NCBI GenBank assembly: GCA_951406725.2
Contig: OX597815.1
Span: 93,000,001 to 93,064,000, forward strand
Length of the DNA stretch: 64,000 nucleotides
Source: Octopus vulgaris
Taxonomy: Eukaryota
Direction: 5' to 3'
The notes beneath the pieces are model-generated. The model was not told the DNA's origin, did not search any database, and was given only the letters and a program-made list of their open reading frames with translations. Position 1 is the first letter of the stretch. Every line of letters begins with the position of its first letter. This document shows, one piece after another, positions 25,875-37,154 of the stretch. The position numbers and the translations under genes were made by a program.

Positions 25875-28200
25875 CTACAAAGACAAAAAAATAGCACAAT
25901 GACAACAGAAAATCAAGATGACATATTGTAAATGAGTGTGTCTACTGTTTATAGAGATGATTTTTTTAAGGGGCTGTCAGTGTAGAGATACCTTAATGGG
26001 GAACAGTGACTACCTTTATAAGGAACAATGAGTTTTAGAATAACTTCTGAAGGGACAATGAATGTAGAGTGACAGTAACTGTAGACACCTATTGTTTCTT
26101 AAGGGTTAAATAGATGACGATAAACCTGCTCCTAGATAGAACCTAGATTACTGGAGATATTGCGAGTCTCAGCTGTTAAGAAATTAAAAACAATTCCTAA
26201 AGAGTGCAATAAAACACGAGCAGTAGATTTGAACTTGCAACCACCAAGCCAACAGTTCCAATGCCTCATCTTGCTAGTCATTCTTTGTTTCATTGTGTGA
26301 GTGATTCTTTAGTATAGGAGAAGATTATAGGTATTAACCCTCCTTAGAAATGGCTCTTCCAGAATTTTTTAAAGACTATATATGATGTTTGTGGGGGAGT
26401 GTAACAGTAGCAACACCAATAATCCAAAATGGCTTTACAGAGGTTTAGCAACTGCTGAGAGCTAAAGTTGATGTTACTTAGCTGCAGGTCAGTCATGATT
26501 GACTAGATATGTGATCAAGGGAAGTCCAGGCATGACAATCCCATCGTTTTGCATAAATTGTGACTTTATAGTTCAATATATCTTTTTGCATTTATGATAG
26601 AGTCTGATCTGAAGAAATCTGGCTGGTATTTCTAGCAAGATGAGTGAGTCCACAGAGTAGGCATAGGCAAACTTTCCCAAGATGCAGGTTGCATGAGACA
26701 TGGGTCACCATCAGGTTGGCAGCACTACTAAAACAAATAAAGGTAATTTTTTGTTGGGCATGCCAGTCAGAAAGTCCCACAGACCACAGTTTGCCCATAA
26801 CTACCATGAGGTCTTCCTCTGGTTCTGGAGAGGAAGAGCAATCTTTTGGGTGCCGTTTCAGTGCTATTAAAGATTATGTGTCTATACAATAAAAATTCAG
26901 TTCATTGATGGCTCTATGGTAGTAGCTTGTCGATGAGTGGAGGTTAAATTATCAGTCAGGCGGCTTTTATGGCATAAGAAGGCAGCTAAAAAATACAAAT
27001 AATATCTTCCTCACTGGTCAAAGACACATTCTACCTTCCTAGCAACCTTGTACCTCAAATTAGAATTTTCTTTGTTTTAAAATTCCTATAGAAAGATCTG
27101 TTCTTGGTCTTGTTTAACAGATGAGGTTCCTTTGTTGAAACTCATACAGCTATATAAAACCATCAATCACAATGTACCAATAACATGAAGCTATCATAGA
27201 ATGATGGGTGATATTTTGAGGACATCTTAATGTGAACTGCTGTCCATTTAATTAATAATTACTATGATTGTGAGATTATAATTTCACAACAAATTTTCTA
27301 TCACCTTCAGATCGCTCAACATTGGGACCACTAACACTAGCTATAAAGTACAAGGGAAGTAATTCTTGCGATTATTTCTACTTACGACAGACACACCAAT
27401 GACAAAAACCTTCGTATCATCGTTTGAGTTGCTAGACATAGCAAATAAATTTCTCTCAAAATGCACCCTACTATCTTATACAGAACATATTTACATACTG
27501 TAGTCCTATACATCACTAAAAACAAGATGGTCATGTCTGAAATGTCTTAGATGATAAGCATTAACTTTATACTAACAAACCAACAAGAAAGTCACTGCAT
27601 GATTGCTCGATCTACTAAAATTAGCAGCCAAACCTCTTTTAAACATCTACCATTTTCAAAAGTGACATTTGATACTGCAGTATAAAATTCATAGATCACA
27701 GGTCTACTTGATCAACATACTGAAAGACACTATTTATATGTCTCACTGTGTCTAGCTGTGTAGATGAGCTAACACATCTTTGGCAATAAGTTGTCTAACT
27801 GCATAGGAGAGTAGACCGTTCTGTTACCCACTAAACTCAACTGAATCTAAAGCTAATTATAAGTGATAAAGAGTACTTGTGGTCGATGTAGAGACTTTTG
27901 ACCCAATACACTAGTTAAACATTTATTTAAGTTAGATATTCATTCTGTTCATTATTCTGAAACTCCATAACTGAGGAAGAAGGTTCGTGTCTGGTCAACA
28001 TATTACACTGCCCAAGCAACAGTATTACACTATGTAAATTACAATGTTATACTGCCATAGTGACCATACTACACTGACCTAATGACAATGATACATTGCA
28101 CAACTGACAGCTTTGTTCCCCTGACAGTGTTAGTAGCAAAGCTTCTATATCTATTACACTACCATAGTGGCAATGTTACACTGCTACAGTGACAATGTGA

Positions 28201-28606
28201 AGGCACACAGCCTAGTAATTGGAGCTTTGATTCATGATCATCAAGTCATAAGTTCAGTTCTTGAACAGGGCTGCATGTTGTGGCCTTGAGCAAACACTTC
28301 ATTTCACCACACTACTCTAGTTTGCTTAGCTGCAATGAATACTAGCCAAGTGTTGATGTAGCCCTTTCCCTTCCCACCCTAGAACTGATATGTTGAACCT
28401 GGGACAAGGTCCTCTATTACTTGTGATGTGGTCTGTACATGTGGGATTGTAGTTTGCTATTCAGCAGAATTACTGCCTGAGTTGCCAAGAAACAGATGAC
28501 AAGGATAAGAGGTTGTTTATATCTGCTCACAATTACACAGGTACCTTAAACAGTCAGCAAAAACATGACAAAGCCATTCGATTTGAGTGATGGCCAGCTG
28601 AACTTC
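28201..28606 (+). mobile_element. Old SINE (family C-like head) carrying a ~120-bp copy of the neighbouring FN3 exon
   Basis: Head and tail align to the copy at 51325-51650. TSD-like ACAGTG(A/G)CAATGTGA on both sides. 28382-28499 matches 28970-29088. Confidence 0.7.
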
Positions 28607-28890
28607 CACAGTGGCAATGTGACACTGCCATAGTGATAATAGTGTACTGTCATAGTAACAATGTTACACTTTTCTAGTGTCAATGTTACAGTCACACTGA
28701 CAAAGTGTTATAGACTTCAAAAGACAATATTACAATACCACATCACAATGCCATGCTGTTCTAGTGAAAGGGTTACACTGCTTGTAGGAAAGGTTTACAC
28801 TGCCATATTGACAAGGGTACAGGTTATCTTTTGAGTCAGACAATATTTGAGGAGACAGAATGAGAAAAAAAGCAGTCAAATAATGTATAC

Positions 28891-29073
28891 CTGATTCTGT
28901 TGGTATTACAACTGGTTGAGAGGCTAAACCTGGCTCACTCACTCCAACAGCATTAGTAGCTTTAATCTGGAACTGATACGTTGAACCTGGGACAAGGTCC
29001 TCCACTACTTGTGATGTGGTCTGTACATGTGGGATTGCAGTTTGCCATTCAGCAGAATTATTGTCTGAGTTAC
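28891..29073 (-). CDS. Trio/Kalirin-like exon, FN3 domain second half
   Basis: EWQTAIPHVQTTSQVVEDLVPGSTYQFQIKATNAVGVSEPG matches the FN3 LxPGxxYxFxVxAxN pattern. CCTAG acceptor, GTATAC donor, phase 1 to 1. Confidence 0.95.
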
Positions 29074-29109
29074 CTAGGAAACAGATGAAAAAGAAACAAA
29101 AATATAATA

Positions 29110-29740
29110 ATAATAGTTTCAAATTTTGCCACAAGGATAACAATTTAGGGGGAGAGGATGAGTTGATTACATTGACCCCAGTGTTCAACTGGTATATATT
29201 TTATCTACTACCAAAGGACAAAAGGTAAAGTTGACCATGGCGAAATTTGAACTCAGAATGTAGTGACAGGCAAAACATCACTAAGTATTTCTTCTGGTGC
29301 ACTAATGATTCTGCCAGATTGCTGCCTTAATTATTATTATTATTATTTTTAATAATGATAATAATAATAATAATAATAATAATCCTTTCTACTATAGGCG
29401 CAAAGCCTGAAATTTGATGGGAGGGGCCAGTCAATTAGATCAACCTCAGTATGAAACTGGTACTTAATTTATTGACCCTGAAAGGATGAAAGGCAAAGGC
29501 GACCTCAACGGAATTTGAATTCAGAACGTAAAGACAGACGAAATACCGCTAAGCATTCTGCCCGGCACTCTCATGATTCTGCCAGCTCACTGCCTTAAAT
29601 AACAATAATAATAATTTCAAATTTTGGCACAAGGCCAGCAAGTTTGGGAAGGGGGTAAGTCAATTGCATCCCCAGTACTCAACTGGTACTTATTTCATTA
29701 ATCCTGAAAGGATGAAAGGCAAAGTTGGCCTCGGCAGATT
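29110..29740 (-). mobile_element. Cluster of three tRNA-derived SINEs (family B) separated by (AAT)n
   Basis: Heads AAGGCAG..CTGGCAGAATC..GTTCAAATTCC and central TTTGCCTTTCATCCTTTC..GATAAA..AGTACCAG. Other copies at about 5530-5650, 25225-25420, 47715-47860, 49355-49530 and 53870-54080. Confidence 0.8.
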
Positions 29741-29744
29741 GAGC

Positions 29745-30890
29745 AGGGCCATCTACCTGAAGCGATTTGTGGTTTGTCTGCCTTCCTACTTATTAAGACT
29801 TTGGTTTTTGCTAGATTCAAGACCTTGTTTCCACACCTGAAACTTCTCCTCTAGTTCTGATAGTGACTCAGCTATTAGAGCAAGATCATCAGCATAGAGA
29901 AGCTCCCAGGGGCATCCTGTTTTAAATTCTTCTGTTATTGCCTTGAGGACTATGATGAATAAGAGGTGGCTGAGGACTGATCCTTGGTGGACTCCTACTC
30001 CTACTTGGAATTCTTCACTGCACTCGTTGCCAACCCTCAGCTTACTGATAGCATCCCTGTACATAGCTTGTACAGCTCTCAGTGCATTGACCACTAGATA
30101 AGGGATTGGGGGACTCTGTCAAAGGCTTCTCCATGTCAACGAAAGCCAGGTACAGAGGTTTATCTTTGGCTAGGTATTTCTCCTGCAGCTGTCTTACCAG
30201 AAATATAGCATCAGTGGTGCTTTTCCCCGGCATAAACCCAAACTGCATCTCATCTAGACTGACTCTCTCCCTAATTAGTTGGGCTATGACCCTCTCTGTG
30301 ACTTTCATTACCTGATCCAATAACTTGATACCTCTGTAATTATTCATATTTAATGCATTACTTTTACCTTTGTAGCAGTTGACTATGGTGCTGCTATACC
30401 AGTCATTGGGTATGACTTCTTCATGTATCACCTGATTAACTATATGGGTGACTAGACTATTTTTGAGCATCTCTGCAGTGATTCCTGATGGGCCGGGGGC
30501 TTTCTCTGTCTTCATATTCTTAATTGCTTTATCTACCAAGGTAGTGTCAATTTGGATAGCTGGTTCCTCTGTTGGGTCAACATTCGGCAGACTCTCTTTC
30601 TCCCATTCACTCTCTTCATTTAGCAACCTTTCAAAATGGTGTCTCCAAGTCTCTCTCTTTTCAGCCTCATTAAATGCAAGTGAGCCATCATCTAATTGGA
30701 CACATTTCTCTCCCACAACATCACGATTCTCTCTCACACACTGCCTTGCAACATGAAACACCTGAAGTCTTTGGTCCTCACAATGCAGAACATTGGAAAA
30801 TTTTTCTTATCTGCTTCTCATCTGGCTAAATAAACCTGTCTCCTAGCTTCCCTTTTGGCAGTCTGATACACTTCCCTGCTACCAATGAAG
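29745..30890 (-). mobile_element. RTE-clade LINE internal fragment (RT), same family as 37155-39870
   Basis: YRGIKLLDQVMK, QFGFMPGKSTTDAIF, GVHQGSVLS and ELLYADDLAL, in two frames. Confidence 0.9.
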
Positions 30891-31204
30891 TCTCATACAC
30901 TTCCCTGCCAGTGTGAGATAATATTGATAATAATAACGAGATGAATTGGGCATTTGAATTCTTAACTAGATCTATAACCAAAAGTTTTTGGTCAGCCAAA
31001 CTGTGACAAAATTAGATAAATGAATGAAATATATATATATATACACACACACATACACCCCACACCCCAACACATCACACTGCCCCACACACACTAGCAC
31101 TTACCACTTCTCAGGACCTACACCATCATCCACACACCTACAAATGCACACACATCAAGGTCCCCAGCCCCCTTTCACACACACATAACACTCTCACATA
31201 CACA

Positions 31205-31450
31205 CGCACCTTCGTTTTGGGATCACCACTACTTTATTATCTCTCCTTCTTCCTAACCCCTTTGTCTGGCATTCGCCATGATAGATTGCTAAACCTTTTC
31301 TATTTTCTCTCCCTGTTTATTTCTGTGCACCTTTCTGTTGAAGAGTGCAGGCTTGAAACATAAAAGACTTTCTCACTTCCTGAGCGTTAAACTAATATAT
31401 CTGTTTGTTGTTTACACACCCGTCTTTGTGTTTTTTTGTAAATTCTCACT
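31205..31450 (+). mobile_element. Penelope-like 3' fragment with degenerate hammerhead motif
   Basis: CTGTTGA-A-GAGT(GCAG)GCTT-GAAAC-ATA at 31335-31362. Shares downstream TTCCTGAGCGT with the 16.7 kb element, and its 3' end recurs at about 57450-57525. Ends in TA/CA repeats. Confidence 0.45.
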
Positions 31451-31580
31451 ATATATATACACACACATATATATACATACATACACACACACATATATAT
31501 ATATACACACATACATACACACACACACATATATATATACATACATACACACATATATACACACACACACACACATATAT

Positions 31581-31633
<53 letters not shown>

Positions 31634-32148
31634 CATACATATTGTGTGACACCTTGGGTAAGTGTGTTCTACTATAGCCTCAGGTTGACCAAGGCCTGGT
31701 GAATGAATCTGGTTGATGAAAACTGACAAAAGCCCATTACATATGTGTGTGTGTGTGTGAGAGAGAATGTCTGTGTTTGTCCTTCACTACTGCTCAATAA
31801 ACATTGTAAATCCAAGGCTTCTGTAGAAAACAGTTGCCCAATGTGTCTTTAATGTAGTGCAATGGCACCTGAAACTGAAAACAATTAGCTGCAAAGCAAA
31901 AATCGTAAGCATTAAGCCATGCCTGCACTTATATGTTTTTGTTTTTTTCCTAAGACAGTAATTTAGGAAGACTAAGCTATTTTCGGTAGGTTGGGTGACA
32001 ATGTTAAAACACCCTTGGATTGCTACCTATGGTGAAATTGTAACAAAACTTATTCATTGAATGTCAGAATAAATATTTTGTCACATTCAGAGGAAAATTA
32101 CAAAAGTAGAAAAAAAAAAGATTATATCTAGCAAATATTTCAATTGCT

Positions 32149-32377
32149 TTAACCCTTTAACATTTAAACAGGTCATATCTGGCCCAAATATTCTACCTGT
32201 GTTATGTTCAAATTGGCTGGATCCAGCCTCTCACACCTACCCTGCAATGTCATTTTAATAATAAACAATCACATCTTTGAAATCTCAAAGCTATGAGATA
32301 ATACAGGATTGATTTTATAAAAATGCGAATAAATAACTATTTCCTTTGACAAAGTAATCTAAATGCTAAAGTGTTAA
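32149..32377. mobile_element. TTAA-flanked MITE, family 2
   Basis: TTAACCCTTTAACATT ... AATGCTAAAGTGTTAA. Homologous to 63168-63396 and, inverted, to 44624-44850. Confidence 0.8.
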
Positions 32378-32412
32378 ACTCTCAAGTAAAAATATTGAGA
32401 AATATTTCATAC

Positions 32413-32544
32413 CACAAAATCTGTATTCAACGGTGTAGCCTTGAACCTGTCCAGATTTTGACTGTAAAGGAGGTGTCCACTCTAAATGTACCACTGTTCC
32501 TACTTGATTGCGAATGACAGGCTTGCCAGGAGCTGCTGGTCGAT
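32413..32544 (-). CDS. Trio/Kalirin-like exon, FN3 domain first half
   Basis: DRPAAPGKPVIRNQVGTVVHLEWTPPLQSKSGQVQGYTVEYRFC. TTTCAG acceptor, GTATGA donor, phase 1 to 1. Read manually. Confidence 0.92.
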
Positions 32545-33156
32545 CTGAAAAACCATGAATGACAATTAAGTAAATTCTGTAGAAACAATAAGAGTACTCA
32601 GTTAATTAACTTACATCAAGACTAGCACTTATAATCATTCCTCGTTAACATCAGTTCAATTGTCTCCTGCATACATTAATATATAAATTTGTTATTCTAC
32701 TGTATTTGTCACAATCAAATTAACTACACGATAATGGTTGCCAATTTTACTTCATCCTTGTTTCAACTATATATTTTAAACTATTTAAAAAACTTTTCAC
32801 TAGGTTTGCACATGTGAGATACAGTTTATATGCTCAAAAACTTATCTTTCCAAAGAATACTGAAATACTCCAGCTGATGTGCTTATTTTTATACATTTAT
32901 ATAAACATATATCCATGCATGCACACACGTGCACAATCAATTTCTTTTACTGGTTTTAGTCAATCTCAAAACCACAACAGTTATTTCAATCTGATACTCA
33001 CTTTATTGATATTTGTTTGCTAAATCACTAAGTTACAGTTTCTGATATGACAATAGTTTTTTTATACCTGATGTTTCAAATAAATAAATAAATACAGAGA
33101 CACATACATGTATATACATGCACACATTGCACACACACATATACATATAGTCTAGA

Positions 33157-33745
33157 CTGACAAAGCTTAGCACACATCAGTACATGTATTTTTTGCTATT
33201 TACATATAAGAAAGGCAGTTCTGAGAGAACTGGGAATGACTGATTTGGTGTTTGAAACTGATGAACTATACTTGTAGAAACATGTGCCTTACAGTCCAAT
33301 GATGTAATCTGTATCCCAGCAAGAAGTACTTTCTTACATTGTCTATAAGAACTTCTCCTCTAATATAGATACCAAAGTGAAGGTCTTTCCATGTGTTAAA
33401 TATAAATGTACACAGTTTTATTTTAATCATTGCTGGTTAGTGTGCTTTTAACTAATTAATTGCAGCTTGACAAAGCTTAGTCCATGCCAGTATATGTATT
33501 TTTTGCTGTTTACATTTAAGAACATCTGTTTTTAGTGGGCTGCTAACAACTGATTTGGTGTCTAATTGATGAAGCATAGATACACAGAAACACCTGTCTT
33601 ACAGTTCAATGATATCATTCGTAGCTCTGCTCAGTGTTTCACACACATAGTTTATTAAGAGAATTTCTTCTTTGAGGCAGTTACCACAGTGAAGATAATT
33701 CAATGTTTAAATGTACACAAACATATTATAATATAAATGTACACA
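33157..33745 (+). repeat. Diverged tandem dimer (period about 310 bp), each unit with a degenerate hammerhead core
   Basis: Units begin TGACAAAGCTTAG at about 33158 and 33468. Cores: CTGATGA..GAAAC-ATGT-GCC (33258-33288) and TTGATGA..GAAAC-ACCT-GTC (33566-33598). Confidence 0.65.
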
Positions 33746-34677
33746 TGATAGCAGAGATACTGATTGGGTCGTACATCTCCTGTAAGAATATCAGACCAAA
33801 TGACTTGCAAAATTTGTTTTAACTCTTTGTATTCTGAGTTCAAATCCCACCATGGATTATATGGCTTATACTGCCATGTTTGTAGTGTTTAGTGCAATAT
33901 GTGAGCTATGAGGCACAATAAGGCCGACAAGAGAGGAGTATGCTGAGTGGGATAAGAATGAGGCTAGCAAGGTCAGAGGAAAAAAGGTCATTGTAGTAGA
34001 GGTAGGCTAGAGAGTGAGCAGAAACATCATATCTGTAAGCAAGTGGGTGTAATTGTGTAAGTGAGCCACTGTCAATCACTTGAATAGCCTATATTTTCTG
34101 TGACCTGAAATGTTTGTATAAGTAGTAGCTGTGTCAACCCATGTATGTAAGTAGTACACCAATGTGGATTATGCTCAAACTCTGTAAGGGTTTTATTTTT
34201 GGATGTCCTTTTTACCACATTGTGAAGTAGGTGGGGGGTCTTGTTCAGGGGGCTGCAGTACATTGACATGAATTAGTAAGATCAGAACTTTTGACTATGT
34301 GGTCAGTTGTCCAGCACCTCACATTTAAAAACTGATACTTTTAGACTTTTTCAAGTCATAAACATAGTGATAAAAAAAAGAAATAATATAAAAAAATATT
34401 TGAAAGTATTAAATATATAAAAAAAAAAATGGATATTCCAGAGTAAAAAATAGCAAAATGATAAACAGGAGCAAATGAGTGTGTGTGTGTGTGTGTGTGC
34501 ATGAATGAATGTATGTATGATGTATGTGTGTGTGTGTATGTGCAAATAATGAAGGACTGTGTCTGTTTATGATGATAGACATAAATGTATGCATGCATAT
34601 GTGTGTGTATGTATGCATGTGTGTGTGTGTGTAATTGCATGTGCAGACATATATGTGTATATATAATTTATACAAAC

Positions 34678-34774
34678 CAATGACTGTAATTGAAGCTCTA
34701 CTCATCACTGTGCCCAGATCACTGCTGCCAATACATAAGTATTCTCCATCATCTAACATGGTCACATCGGATAT
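34678..34774 (-). CDS. Trio/Kalirin-like exon, Ig domain second half
   Basis: ISDVTMLDDGEYLCIGSSDLGTVMSRASITVI contains the DxGxYxC motif. TTATAG acceptor, GTTTGT donor, phase 0 to 1. Confidence 0.93.
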
Positions 34775-34959
34775 CTATAAAGGAGGAGACAAGACAAAAC
34801 CAATGAAATAAATTCTAGGAAGAGTTGGGGTTCTCATGTACTAGTCGAATAATAGCTATACTGGTTGTGGCAGCCATAGCGGAGGTGACAGTAATGGTAG
34901 AGACAGGAGATACACATAGGACTGGAGGTGAAGACTGTGGATGAAAATAATGAAAAACC

Positions 34960-35300
34960 ACAGTGGTAGTGACAATGATGATAGTGATAGTAATGATAAC
35001 AATGGTGGTGATAACAATCAATGATAGTGATGGCTATAATGGTAATGATGACAACGATGGTGATGATGTCTATGATGGTGATGATGTCTATGATGGTAGT
35101 GATGACTACGATGATGATGACAATGATGGTGATGATGATGATGACAATGATAACGGTAAAGATGATGATAATGACCACAATGAGGATGATGATGAACATG
35201 ATATAAATGACAATAAGAATCAGGGTGATGCTGATAATGATAACAGAGAAGATGATGATGCTAATGATAAAGACAATGAAGACGATGCAATGATGATTAT
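34960..35300. repeat. Degenerate (GAT/GAC/AAT)n trinucleotide tract filling the intron between the two Ig exons
   Basis: Directly visible. Confidence 0.9.
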
Positions 35301-35319
35301 AACAGCCAGTGATACTTAC

Positions 35320-35538
35320 TTGCAACTGTGCCTCACCATTCTCATCACAGTAACTAATTGAAGTTCTTGCACTTGGTATCACAGTATTGGAATCTGGAGA
35401 CTTCCAAGTGATAGTTGGTCTGGGGCGACCACAGATACGACAAGTTAACACAGCCTCTTCTCCTGCGTTTACTGTTATATCGGCGAGAGCCTGCTGAATG
35501 GTTGGTGCAACTTCATAAATAAAATCAGAACTACTCAT
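35320..35538 (-). CDS. Trio/Kalirin-like exon, Ig (I-set) domain first half
   Basis: FIYEVAPTIQQALADITVNAGEEAVLTCRICGRPRPTITWKSP. TTTTAG acceptor, GTAAGT donor, 73 codons. Confidence 0.95.
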
Positions 35539-36836
35539 CTAAAACAAAGAGAGTAGTTATATTACCATTCTGAATTTGCAGTGTTTTGGTATGCAACAAA
35601 GGAAAATAAGTTCTTGTATATTTAACAGTCATGCTTTATATCACAGAAAAGCTGGGGGCATTTATCAACAGAGGAGAGTTGATGGGTGATGAGAAAGTGC
35701 AAGTTACTCCAGATAATCTTTTACACCTGATCTCTATTTCTTGACGATAAATGCCCCCAGCTCTTCTATGCTACCCTTGGCCTAAACAGCCATCTCAGGC
35801 ACTGGCACCCTTTACCCTCATCAAGATGAAGAGGCTCAATCAATGGCTACAAATCTGCTACTTGGATATGAGTCAATGCCAACAACGACATCATGGCGAT
35901 AATACTGCTGTTATTTTTATGATAACACTAGTAAAATGTTTTGTACTATAAATATTTATCATAATAATTTATACTAGAAATGTTTGTATCATAATATTTT
36001 ATATCAGAATATTTATATCATGAATTTATCTCAGTATTTATGTAATCTCATTCATATCAGAACATCATGAGAAACCTTTGACTTTTTCCATCAAAGGGCT
36101 TTTTTAACTCAATATTTACATGCTATTATTTATAGCTTTATCTACTTTGTGTTCTACCATTAAAAAAATTTATATAATATTTATATCACAATATATAAAT
36201 ATATATATATATATATAATATTTTTATATCATAAAGAATTATATATATATTGTGTTTACATCAGAATTATATCATATTAAAATCTATATCATTACATATA
36301 TACATTAAAATATTTAATACATAAAAGTATATATCATATTTATATCCTAATATTTATACGTAATATTTTATATTATAAAATCATAATATTTTATATTATA
36401 TATTATAATAGCATCCAATATGAACAATAATATAATATTAAGGATATCTTAAACCAACAAACCATACATTTTTATAGAAAAGTACTGTTGAGTTGACTCA
36501 ATCTGTTCTAGAACATGACAGCCAAGTTACTGGCTATGTAAGTAACACATTTGTAAACAACATTGGCTACCTATTTCACTTCCAAATGCATGCTGCACAC
36601 ACTGACATAACAAAATCCCACTCAAACTCTCTCTGTTTAATTCCATCAGTTTGGCTGCTACAAACACATTGTCCTAAGCATGAAAAATTCATTAATCATT
36701 CCAACCCAATAAGACAGTTCTGGTGATGTGAGTGTGCTATTTTCATCACTGTCAGATTGTGTATTCCAGAGCTGTACAATATCCCCACAAAACTGTTTCT
36801 ACATAGTTCTATCCTAATTTATGGAAATATGCAATA

Positions 36837-37110
36837 GTGGGTCCCATTTCCACAAAAGACAACCTCTTTGACCTTACCAATTACCAGCCTGTCACTATTA
36901 GTGCCTTCCTTTTAAAGGTGGTGGAGATAGCTATAATTAATGTTTCCATTTGTTACCTGGCCAGTGTTTTAGTTGTATACCACTTCCACCATGGTATGCT
37001 CAGCACAATAGCTAGATACATTCATCAGTCTTTCTTCACTATAACTGCCATCAACTGGAATTGTCTCCCCAAACACACTGACCAACAGCTGAACATCCCC
37101 TATATTAATC
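36837..37110 (+). mobile_element. Highly decayed, internally deleted LINE RT remnant
   Basis: KDNLFDLTNYQPVTISAFLLKVVE (NYRPIS-like) is joined to SFFTITAINWNCLP (LINE C-terminal WNxLP). Confidence 0.5.
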
Positions 37111-37154
37111 TCACAAATATAAACCAACAATAATAATCATGGGCAATCCTATCT

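Noticed and set aside
28382-28499. Exon copy acting as a mutually exclusive exon or an editing-complementary sequence
   Set aside because: It is in direct rather than inverted orientation, so it cannot pair with the exon. It is also partial, its acceptor AG is lost, and it lacks the donor end.
34963-35361. Asp/Asn-rich + strand ORF, and the Ile-rich extension of the Ig ORF
   Set aside because: Both come from the trinucleotide low-complexity intron. The real exon ends at the GTAAGT donor at 35319.
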